Below are positions 52,601 to 64,000 of a stretch of 64,000 nucleotides of DNA, one piece after another. Below the pieces are notes generated by a model that saw only the letters and a list, made by a program, of their open reading frames with translations, was not told the origin of the DNA and made no database searches. This DNA is from Lingula anatina. Its lineage: Eukaryota; Animalia; Brachiopoda. The position numbers and the translations under genes were made by a program. Within the stretch, counting starts at the first letter, position 1, and the number at the start of each line of letters is the position of its first letter. The stretch spans positions 4,774,001 to 4,838,000 of the forward strand of contig JBPQGU010000016.1 of assembly GCA_051362555.1 (NCBI GenBank), written 5' to 3'.

Positions 52601-55600
52601 TAATGTTGACACCACCACTCTTCCAGCACTTTATTCTTACTACAAATTACCGAACACACCTACCTGACACTATAATGAAGAAAAAAAATTTTCATCCCTA
52701 CCTGGCCAAAATTGAAGAAATCTCACAGTGCCGGCACTGTTCAAAATCACTCAAAATCACCAAAAATCGACACGTCTCCGATTTTTCCAAAAAGTGACGA
52801 AAATCAATCTACCACACCTGTCATTCATAAAAAATGTGGAAACGCGCCCGGGTCACTTCATCAAGGCCCCCAATTCTAGCTTTAAAGATGATCCAAAAAT
52901 AAGCTCTGAGAACAGAATCTAAGAGGGGGGGGGGGGGGGAGACAGAGTTTTTGCTCTATTTCTTCCTTAATGTTGACACCACCACTCTTCCAGCACTTTA
53001 TTCTTACTACAAATGACCGAACACACCTACCTGACACTATAATGAAGAAAAAAAATTTTCATCCCTACCTGGCCAAAATTGAAGAAATCTCACAGTGCCG
53101 GCACTGTTCAAAATCACTCAAAATCACCAAAAATCGATCCGTCTCCGATTTTTCCAAAAAGTGACGAAAATCAATCTACCACACCTGTCATTCATAAAAA
53201 ATGTGGAAACGCGCCTGGGTCACTTCATCAAGGCCCCCAATTCTAGCTTTAAAGATGATCCAAAAATAAGCTCTGAGAACAGAATCTAAGAGGGGGGGGG
53301 GGGAGACAGAGTTTTTGCTCTATTTCTTCCTTAATGTTGACACCACCACTCTTCCAGCACTTTATTCTTACTACAAATGACCGAACACACCTACCTGACA
53401 CTATAATGAAGAAAAAAAATTTTCATCCCTACCTGGCCAAAATTGAAGAAATCTCACAGTGCCGGCACTGTTCAAAATCACTCAAAATCACCAAAAATCG
53501 ATCCGTCTCCGATTTTTCCAAAAAGTGACGAAAATCAATCTACCACACCTGTCATTCATAAAAAATGTGGAAACGCGCCCGGGTCACTTCATCAAGGCCC
53601 CCAATTCTAGCTTTAAAGATGATCCAAAAATAAGCTCTGAGAACAGAATCTGAGAGGGGGGGGGGGGGGGGAAACAGAGTTTTTGCTCTATTTCTTCCTT
53701 AATGTTGACACCACCACTCTTCCAGCACTTTATTCTTACTACAAATGACCGAACACACCTACCTGACACTATAATGAAGAAAAAAAATTTTCATCCCTAC
53801 CTGGCCAAAATTGAAGAAATCTCACAGTGCCGGCACTGTTCAAAATCACTCAAAATCACCAAAAATCGACCCGTCTCCGATTTTTCCAAAAAGTATCGAA
53901 AATCAATCTACCACACCTGTCATTCATAAAAAATGTGGAAACGTGCCCGGGTCACTTCATCAAGGCCCCCAATTCTAGCTTTAAAGATGATCCAAAAATA
54001 AGCTCTGAGAACAGAATCTAAGAGGGGGGGGGGGGGGGGAGACAGAGTTTTTGCTCTATTTCTTCCTTAATGTTGACACCACCACTCTTCCAGCACTTTA
54101 TTCTTACTACAAATGACCGAACACACCTACCTGACACTATAATGAAGAAAAAAAATTTTCATCCCTACCTGGCCAAAATTGAAGAAATCTCACAGTGCCA
54201 GCACTGTTCAAAATCACTCAAAATCACCAAAAATCGACCCGTCTCCGATTTTTCCAAAAAGTGACGAAAATCAATCTACCACACCTGTCATTCATAAAAA
54301 ATGTGGAAACGCGCCTGGGTCACTTCATCAAGGCCCCCAATTCTAGCTTTAAAGATGATCCAAAAATAAGCTCTGAGAACAGAATCTGAGAGGGGGGGGG
54401 GAGACAGAGTTTTTGCTCTATTTCTTCCTTAATGTTGACACCACCACTCTTCCAGCACTTTATTCTTACTACAAATGACCGAACACACCTACCTGACACT
54501 ATAATGAAGAAAAAAAATTTTCATCCCTACCTGGCCAAAATTGAAGAAATCTCACAGTGCCGGCACTGTTCAAAATCACTCAAAATCACCAAAAATCGAT
54601 CCGTCTCCGATTTTTCCAAAAAGTGACGAAAATCAATCTACCACACCTGTCGTTCATAAAAAATGTGGAAACGCGCCCGGGTCACTTCATCAAGGCCCCC
54701 AATTCTAGCTTTAAAGATGATCCAAAAATAAGCTCTGAGAACAGAATCTGAGAGGGGGGGGGGGGGGGGGGGGGGAAACAGAGTTTTTGCTCTATTTCTT
54801 CCTTAATGTTGACACCACCACTCTTCCAGCACTTTATTCTTACTACAAATGACCGAACACACCTACCTGACACTATAATGAAGAAAAAAAATTTTCATCC
54901 CTACCTGGCCAAAATTGAAGAAATCTCACAGTGCCGGCACTGTTCAAAATCACTCAAAATCACCAAAAATCGACCCGTCTCCGATTTTTCCAAAAAGTAT
55001 CGAAAATCAATCTACCACACCTGTCATTCATAAAAAATGTGGAAACGTGCCCGGGTCACTTCATCAAGGCCCCCAATTCTAGCTTTAAAGATGATCCAAA
55101 AATAAGCTCTGAGAACAGAATCTAAGAGGGGGGGGGGGGGGGGGGGGGAGACAGAGTTTTTGCTCTATTTCTTCCTTAATGTTGACACCACCACTCTTCC
55201 AGCACTTTATTCTTACTACAAATGACCGAACACACCTACCTGACACTATAATGAAGAAAAAAAATTTTCATCCCTACCTGGCCAAAATTGAAGAAATCTC
55301 ACAGTGCCGGCACTGTTCAAAATCACTCAAAATCACCAAAAATCGATCCGTCTCCGATTTTTCCAAAAAGTGACGAAAATCAATCTACCACACCTGTCAT
55401 TCATAAAAAATGTGGAAACGCGCCCGGGTCACTTCATCAAGGCCCCCAATTCTAGCTTTAAAGATGATCCAAAAATAAGCTCTGAGAACAGAATCTGAGA
55501 GGGGGGGGGGAGACAGAGTTTTTGCTCTATTTCTTCCGTAATGTTGACACCACCACTCTTCCAGCACTTTATTCTTACTACAAATGACCGAACACACCTA

Positions 55601-58600
55601 CCTGACACTATAATGAAGAAAAAAAATTTTCATCCCTACCTGGCCAAAATTGAAGAAATCTCACAGTGCCGGCACTGTTCAAAATCACTCAAAATCACCA
55701 AAAATCGATCCGTCTCCGATTTTTCCAAAAAGTGACGAAAATCAATCTACCACACCTGTCATTCATAAAAAATGTGGAAACGCGCCCGGGTCACTTCATC
55801 AAGGCCCCCAATTCTAGCTTTAAAGATGATCCAAAAATAAGCTCTGAGAACAGAATCTGAGAGGGGGGGGGGGGGGGGGAAACAGAGTTTTTGCTCTATT
55901 TCTTCCTTAATGTTGACACCACCACTCTTCCAGCACTTTATTCTTACTACAAATGACTGAACACACCTACCTGACACTATAATGAAGAAAAAAAATTTTC
56001 ATCCCTACCTGGCCAAAATTGAAGAAATCTCACAGTGCCGGCACTGTTCAAAATCACTCAAAATCACCAAAAATCTCCGATTTTTCCAAAAAGTATCGAA
56101 AATCAATCTACCACACCTGTCATTCATAAAAAATGTGGAAACGTGCCCGGGTCACTTCATCAAGGCCCCCAATTCTAGCTTTAAAGATGATCCAAAAATA
56201 AGCTCTGAGAACAGAATCTAAGAGGGGGGGGGGGGGGGGGGGGGAGACAGAGTTTTTGCTCTATTTCTTCCTTAATGTTGACACCACCACTCTTCCAGCA
56301 CTTTATTCTTACTACAAATGACCGAACACACCTACCTGACACTATAATGAAGAAAAAAAATTTTCATCCCTACCTGGCCAAAATTGAAGAAATCTCACAG
56401 TGCCGGCACTGTTCAAAATCACTCAAAATCACCAAAAATCGATCCGTCTCCGATTTTTCCAAAAAGTGACGAAAATCAATCTACCACACCTGTCATTCAT
56501 AAAAAATGTGGAAACGCGCCCGGGTCACTTCATCAAGGCCCCCAATTCTAGCTTTAAAGATGATCCAAAAATAAGCTCTGAGAACAGAATCTAAGAGGGG
56601 GGGGGGGGGGGAGACAGAGTTTTTGCTCTATTTCTTCCTTAATGTTGACACCACCACTCTTCCAGCACTTTATTCTTACTACAAATGACCGAACACACCT
56701 ACCTGACACTATAATGAAGAATAAAAATTTTCATCCCTACCTGGCCAAAATTGAAGAAATCTCACAGTGCCGGCACTGTTCAAAATCACTCAAAATCACC
56801 AAAAATCGACCCGTCTCCGATTTTTCCAAAAAGTGACGAAAATCAATCTACCACACCTGTCATTCATAAAAAATGTGGAAACGCGCCCGGGTCACTTCAT
56901 CAAGGCCCCCAATTCTAGCTTTAAAGATGATCCAAAAATAAGCTCTGAGAACAGAATCTAAGAGGGGGGGGGGGGGGAGACAGAGTTTTTGCTCTATTTC
57001 TTCCTTAATGTTGACACCACCACTCTTCCAGCACTTTATTCTTACTACAAATGACCGAACATACCTACCTGACACTATAATGAAGAAAAAAAATTTTCAT
57101 CCCTACCTGGCCAAAATTGAAGAAATCTCACAGTGCCGGCACTGTTCAAAATCACTCAAAATCACCAAAAATCGATCCGTCTCCGATTTTTCCAAAAAGT
57201 GACGAAAATCAATCTACCACACCTGTCATTCATAAAAAATGTGGAAACGCGCCCGGGTCACTTCATCAAGGCCCCCAATTCTAGCTTTAAAGATGATCCA
57301 AAAATAAGCTCTGAGAACAGAATCTGAGAGGGGGGGGGGAAACAGAGTTTTTGCTCTATTTCTTCCTTAATGTTGACACCACCACTCTTCCAGCACTTTA
57401 TTCTTACTACAAATGACCGAACACACCTACCTGACACTATAATGAAGAAAAAAAATTTTCATCCCTACCTGGCCAAAATTGAAGAAATCTCACAGTGCCG
57501 GCACTGTTCAAAATCACTCAAAATCACCAAAAATCGACACGTCTCCGATTTTTCCAAAAAGTGACGAAAATCAATCTACCACACCTGTCATTCATAAAAA
57601 ATGTGGAAACGCGCCCGGGTCACTTCATCAAGGCCCCCAATTCTAGCTTTAAAGATGATCCAAAAATAAGCTCTGAGAACAGAATCTGAGAGGGGGGGGA
57701 GACAGAGTTTTTGCTCTATTTCTTCCTTAATGTTGACACCACCACTCTTCCAGCACTTTATTCTTACTACAAATGACCGAACACACCTACCTGACACTAT
57801 AATGAAGAAAAAAAATTTTCATCCCTACCTGGCCAAAATTGAAGAAATCTCACAGTGCCGGCACTGTTCAAAATCACTCAAAATCACCAAAAATCGACCC
57901 GTCTCCGATTTTTCCAAAAAGTGACGAAAATCAATCTACCACACCTGTCATTCATAAAAAATGTGGAAACGCGCCCGGGTCACTTAATCAAGGCCCCCAA
58001 TTCTAGCTTTAAAGATGATCCAAAAATAAGCTCTGAGAACAGAATCTAAGAGGGGGGGGGGGAGACAGAGTTTTTGCTCTATTTCTTCCTTAATGTTGAC
58101 ACCACCACTCTTCCAGCACTTTATTCTTACTACAAATGACCGAACATACCTACCTGACACTATAATGAAGAAAAAAAATTTTCATCCCTACCTGGCCAAA
58201 ATTGAAGAAATCTCACAGTGCCGGCACTGTTCAAAATCACTCAAAATCACCAAAAATCGATCCGTCTCCGATTTTTCCAAAAAGTGACGAAAATCAATCT
58301 TCCACACCTGTCATTCATAAAAAATGTGGAAACGCGCCCGGGTCACTTCATCAAGGCCCCCAATTCTAGCTTTAAAGATGATCCAAAAATAAGCTCTGAG
58401 AACAGAATCTGAGAGGGGGGGGGGGGGGGGGGAAACAGAGTTTTTGCTCTATTTCTTCCTTAATGTTGACACCACCACTCTTCCAGCACTTTATTCTTAC
58501 TACAAATGACCGAACACACCTACCTGACACTATAATGAAGAAAAAAAATTTTCATCCCTACCTGGCCAAAATTGAAGAAATCTCACAGTGCCGGCACTGT

Positions 58601-61252
58601 TCAAAATCACTCAAAATCACCAAAAATCGACCCGTCTCAGATTTTTCCAAAAAGTGACGAAAATCAATCTACCACACCTGTCATTCATTAAAAATGTGGA
58701 AATGCGCCCGGGTCACTTCATCAAGGCCCCCAATTCTAGCTTTAAAGATGATCCAAAAATAAGCTCTGAGAACAGAATCTGAGAGGGGGGGGGGGAGACA
58801 GAGTTTTTGCTCTATTTCTTCCTTAATGTTGACACCACCACTCTTCCAGCATTTTATTCTTACTACAAATGACCGAACACACCTACCTGACACTATAATG
58901 AAGAAAAAAAATTTTCATCCCTACCTGGCCAAAATTGAAGAAATCTCACAGTGCCGGCACTGTTCAAAATCACTCAAAATCACCAAAAATCGATCCGTCT
59001 CCGATTTTTCCAAAAAGTGACGAAAATCAATCTACCACACCTGTCATTCATAAAAAATGTGGAAACGCGCCTGGGTCACTTCATCAAGGCCCCCAATTCT
59101 AGCTTTAAAGATGATCCAAAAATAAGCTCTGAGAACAGAATCTGAGAGGGGGGGGGGGAGACAGAGTTTTTGCTCTATTTCTTCCTTAATGTTGACACCA
59201 CCACTCTTCCAGCACTTTATTCTTACTACAAATGACCGAACACACCTACCTGACACTATAATGAAGAAAAAAAATTTTCATCCCTACCTGGCCAAAATTG
59301 AAGAAATCTCACAGTGCCGGCACTGTTCAAAATCACTCAAAATCACCAAAAATCGATCCGTCTCCGATTTTTCCAAAAAGTGACGAAAATCAATCTACCA
59401 CACCTGTCATTCATAAAAAATGTGGAAACGCGCCCGGGTCACTTCATCAAGGCCCCCAATCACCAAAAATCGATCCGTCTCCGATTTTTCCAAAAAGTGA
59501 CGAAAATCAATCTACCACACCTGTCATTCATAAAAAATGTGGAAACGCGCCCGGGTCACTTCATCAAGGCCCCCAATTCTAGCTTTAAAGATGATCCAAA
59601 AATAAGCTCTGAGAACAGAATCTAAGAGGGGGGGGGGGGGGGAGACAGAGTTTTTGCTCTATTTCTTCCTTAATGTTGACACCACCACTCTTCCAGCACT
59701 TTATTCTTACTACAAATGACCGAACATACCTACCTGACACTATAATGAAGAAAAAAAATTTTCATCCCTACCTGGCCAAAATTGAAGAAATCTCACAGTG
59801 CCGGCACTGTTCAAAATCACTCAAAATCACCAAAAATCGATCCGTCTCCGATTTTTCCAAAAAGTGACGAAAATCAATCTACCACACCTGTCATTCATAA
59901 AAAATGTGGAATCGCGCCCGGGTCACTTCATCAAGGCCCCCAATTCTAGCTTTAAAGATGATCCAAAAATAAGCTCTGAGAACAGAATCTGAGAGGGGGG
60001 GGGGGGGGAAACAGAGTTTTTGCTCTATTTCTTCCTTAATGTTGACACCACCACTCTTCCAGCACTTTATTCTTACTACAAATGACCGAACACACCTACC
60101 TGACACTATAATGAAGAAAAAAAAATTTCATCCCTACCTGGCCAAAATTGAAGAAATCTCACAGTGCCGGCACTGTTCAAAATCACTCAAAATCACCAAA
60201 AATCGACACGTCTCCGATTTTTCCAAAAAGTGACGAAAATCAATCTACCACACCTGTCATTCATAAAAAATGTGGAAACGCGCCCGGGTCACTTCATCAA
60301 GGCCCCCAATTCTAGCTTTAAAGATGATCCAAAAATAAGCTCTGAGAACAGAATCTAAGAGGGGGGGGGGGGGGGGGGAGACAGAGTTTTTGCTCTATTT
60401 CTTCCTTAATGTTGACACCACCACTCTTCCAGCACTTTATTCTTACTACAAATGACCGAACACACCTACCTGACACTATAATGAAGAAAAAAAATTTTCA
60501 TCCCTACCTGGCCAAAATTGAAGAAATCTCACAGTGCCGGCACTGTTCAAAATCACTCAAAATCACCAAAAATCGACCCGTCTCCGATTTTTCCAAAAAG
60601 TATCGAAAATCAATCTACCACACCTGTCATTCATAAAAAATGTGGAAACGTGCCCGGGTCACTTCATCAAGGCCCCCAATTCTAGCTTTAAAGATGATCC
60701 AAAAATAAGCTCTGAGAACAGAATCTAAGAGGGGGGGGGGGGGGGGGGGAGACAGAGTTTTTGCTCTATTTCTTCCTTAATGTTGACACCACCACTCTTC
60801 CAGCACTTTATTCTTACTACAAATGACCGAACACACCTACCTGACACTATAATGAAGAAAAAAAATTTTCATCCCTACCTGGCCAAAATTGAAGAAATCT
60901 CACAGTGCCGGCACTGTTCAAAATCACTCAAAATCACCAAAAATCGACCCGTCTCCGATTTTTCCAAAAAGTGACGAAAATCAATCTACCACACCTGTCA
61001 TTCATAAAAAATGTGGAAACGCGCCCGGATCACTTCATCAAGGCCCCCAATTCTAGCTTTAAAGATGATCCAAAAATAAGCTCTGAGAAGAGAATCTAAG
61101 AGGGGAGGGGGGGGAGACAGAGTTTTTGCTCTAATTTTTCCTTAATGTTGACACCACCACTCTTCCAGCACTTTATTCTTACTACAAATGACCGAACACA
61201 CCTACCTGACACTATAATGAAGAAAAAAAATTTTTCATCCCTACCTGGCCAA
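25430..61252 (+). repeat. ~363-bp satellite DNA, array 2 (~35.8 kb, about 98 monomers)
   Basis: Uninterrupted head-to-tail monomers, same family and strand as array 1. The first monomer is divergent. The array ends at ...CCCTACCTGGCCAA (61252). Confidence 0.99.
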
Positions 61253-62109
61253 TCATGGACTGTTATAACGAATGAAGTTCTGCGTGAAAAATTAGTGATT
61301 GTTTCTAGTTCTAGTTTTTTTCCTGACATTTTTTGTGTGTTGCTAGTGGTTAATTTGGTGTCAAGTAGCAGGTTGGGGCCTAAATTGCTTCTTATTTTTG
61401 GTCGAGACCTGGCTCAGTGCTGTACAGTTTCGGACATCTGGCGGAGGGAGCTTACGACTGTGAGCAGTGCAGTGGTTTGTTTACAAACAAGAGAATGCAT
61501 ATGTTCAATTACAGTACTGGCGGTATGAAAAGTAACTTTTTGACACTTAAGTTTTGTGGCATTGGTAGTTACGTCAGTGAGTCTGCTGTCTATGAGAATA
61601 GGAAATGTTTCACCAAAATATTTTGTTCATGCAGTTTTGCAGGAATTTTTTAGTGCGGCCGTAAATATCTCCGCAGCTACAAAGCTGAATGACTTCTCAC
61701 TGAATGCAGCTCGATAGAATTAGTCCCAAAAACATCTTTCATAAAATTTATAATTCTACAGAAATAGGGAGATTTTTTGCTCTGTTTAATAATTACATGA
61801 AAACTTATGTGGCGAAGGGAGTCACCGGGGTGTTTTGTCATGGGAATTTAAAAAATTATGCATTTATGCTCCTCTCTGTACAAACCTATGTAGGCCTACT
61901 TTTTGGAGTAGAATTGCAGTAGGCTATTCTGCAAATATGCTCCCGCCGCCTTGCTACTTCGATACTACTGCATTTTCGTGCGGGTACCTATAAAGAAATA
62001 TGTAATTATTAAAGGTGGGGGTGCAAATATGTGTGCCTAGATACACAGCAGCTAAGAAATTCCTTAACCCGGGACATCTGTTATCACCTTGCCTTGGTCA
62101 ACTACTGTA
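61253..62109 (+). repeat. Satellite-adjacent flank, copy 2
   Basis: Colinear with 2886-3744, ending in the same CCTTGGTCAACTACTGTA. Confidence 0.95.
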
Positions 62110-64000
62110 GGGGAGAGCGGGGTGGGTTGGAACGCGGGTAAGTTGGAACATTGGCTTTATTTCTTAAATCACAAGACCGATCATGTGCTCCTTCAGCATA
62201 AAAATGTCACGTGGCATGGTCATTCATCCGGTAAACTTGTGGAAGTTTCGAAAATGCAGTAAAAGTTTTATGCGGAAAAAACTTATTTTCGCAACTCGAA
62301 GTAAGTTTTCATATTTTTGACATTCATCGTGCTGTAAACTAAAGTATAAGTATTATATCACTGAAATTCTGCACAGCGTTTAGGACCACCTTGATGTTCA
62401 AAAAGCTGTTGTTTTTTTAATCACTTCCCACGTGTTAAAGAAATACAGTGTCATAAGTAGGCCATGACGTCATGGGGGCTGGTTGGAACATTTGACATGG
62501 GGCCAGTTGGAACACTGTCAGGGGTGTTCCAACCCACCCCGCACGGTGTTTTTCATTTTTTAAACCTCTCTAAATGTTTTAATTTCAACTTTGAAGATAG
62601 TAGTAACGTAGAAACCCAGTACAACTCCAACTGGAGACGGAATCTAGCTGATAGAATATCTCCAAGATGCCGGAATGTACATGCGTGTAGAAGATACAAG
62701 GGGGGATGGTCACTGCTTGTTAAATGCAGTTGCTAGCTGTTTGGCCGAAAGGGGTCTGCATGCCCAACGTTGCTTTTTTTGCGATAAATTGCCTTTAGAT
62801 GTGGAAGGAAATGTCGATTATTACTCTGCTTTACGCGGCAAAATGAAAATATTCTAGCTGAGAGCCTATGTTATGGATAAACTATACAACACCAATTCTG
62901 CCGATATTGTTTTAAATGCTTTGTGTAATGGATTGGAAGTTGCTGTTAATGTTTAGTGAACGAGGGTACAAAATACGTCAGAAAAGACAAACATTCACCT
63001 CGTAACTTAGGCAAAGATTCAGTTGAAATCTCAGTTGCCCTCACCGGAAAAGGTGCTACAGCACACTACAGCGCACTTAAGAAAACCCTAAAACAGCTCA
63101 AGTCCAGCAATAATTAGACCGTTTCCAAAGGCTCACCGTCGCAGTCCAAAGATTAAAAGAAGAAAACGATGCAGTGCAGTACTAACTGACACACCTGAAA
63201 ATGAGCTACTCGAAAAAGAAAAGGCCAAGCCCAACAAAATTAAAAAGGACAAGCGCAACAAAAATAAAAAACAGTTAAAGATTTCTAGTCGATAGAGAAA
63301 ATCAAGAAAAAGGAAATTAAAGATGACCAGCGATTCTGAGTCAGAAGTAGAGTGGCCATGTCTGGTTTGTGGGGAGCCGTTCATTAACAGCCGACCAAAA
63401 GAGAAATGGGTTTAATGCATTGTTTGTCTAAAGTGGGCACATGAAGACTGTACAAAGGTTGACCAAGTGTACATATGTCAGAACTGCGATTTTGATTCTG
63501 AGGTCTAGTTGAAAGAGATACAGTTTTCATTTGTAGGTCTAACATACTGTTGTTAATAGGTTGAGTTATGTAAATTCAATTTCTTTTCTCTTAAACTACA
63601 CCACTTCTGTTATCATTATGAAATGAAGTGTAACTAGATATGGTTTATACATCGAAAAGACAAATTGTAAACGTAAAAAATGCTTACAAACTATGGAGAT
63701 ACAAATGCAAGGTAACACGTACTTGTTGGGATATTAATATAGATAAACCTACTTTTAAAATGAATTATACTTTGAATTTATATGCAAGCGTTCCAACTCG
63801 CCCTCTTGTTCCAACTCACCCCACTGACTGTTCCAACTTACCCCGCGGGTGGGGTGAGATGGAACGTTTTAAGAGGCAACTTTGAGCATTTATTGCTCTA
63901 AAATAAAAAGACCTACTTGATGTTTTATTTCATAGATGAGTGCGGCATATAATTATCTCCTATCAGTGTTTTTATTTTTGTCCCCAAAGCTTTGACTGCT
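62110..64000 (+). mobile_element. Non-autonomous pogo-like TIR element with OTU-like cargo. The right TIR is predicted about 50 bp beyond the window.
   Basis: TA|GGGGAGAGCGGGGTGGGTTGGAAC at 62110; subterminal GTTGGAAC/GTTCCAAC repeats at 62480-62540 and 63790-63866; transposase C-terminus and PHD finger at ~63025-63500. The window end aligns to ~4707 of the inverted copy. Confidence 0.9.
62675..63010 (+). pseudogene. OTU-like cysteine protease (deubiquitinase-fold) fragment inside the pogo-like element
   Basis: VEDTRGDGHCLLNAVASCL (OTU D-G-x-C loop), N.DYYS, then past a stop LRAYVMDKLYNTNSADIVLNALCNGLEVAVNV..NIHLV. The catalytic His segment is missing and in-frame stops are present. Confidence 0.75.

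Noticed and set aside
25826-61099. About 250 repeated 60-100 aa ORFs (MLTPPLF.., MPALFKI.., MSGRCVR..) as a tandem gene or peptide array
   Set aside because: They overlap in several frames and on both strands, often start at GTG/TTG, and are freely broken by stops, indels and poly-G length changes. No sign of coding constraint or a known domain.

Overview
Eukaryotic, AT-rich, gene-poor repetitive DNA, most likely from a marine invertebrate (inference from the repeat families and the TACATGTA/TAGGCCTA enrichment). I found no intact host gene. About 60% of the window is one ~363-bp satellite in two same-strand arrays: 1-2885 (runs off the left edge) and ~25430-61252 (~98 monomers). Nearly all ORFs in the supplied track are artefacts of this satellite. 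Both arrays stop at the same base of the monomer and continue into the same ~860-bp flank (2886-3744 and 61253-62109). Between the arrays lies a ~22-kb island of decayed transposons: a pogo-like TIR element carrying an OTU-protease-like fragment (4657-5969, second copy from 62110), an intron-containing Kolobok-type transposase relic, two DIRS/Ngaro tyrosine-recombinase retroelement relics, three Helentron-type non-autonomous (HINE) pieces, several CAGGGGCGGAT-ended MITEs and a 34-bp G-rich minisatellite. Main highlights: (i) the shared satellite-flank junction; (ii) the OTU-carrying pogo derivative present twice; (iii) paired filled/empty sites suggesting TACATGTA and TAGGCCTA are excision footprints; (iv) a relic ~185-bp proto-monomer beside the array, suggesting the 363-mer is an old dimer. 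All family assignments are from motif recognition by eye, not database searches.
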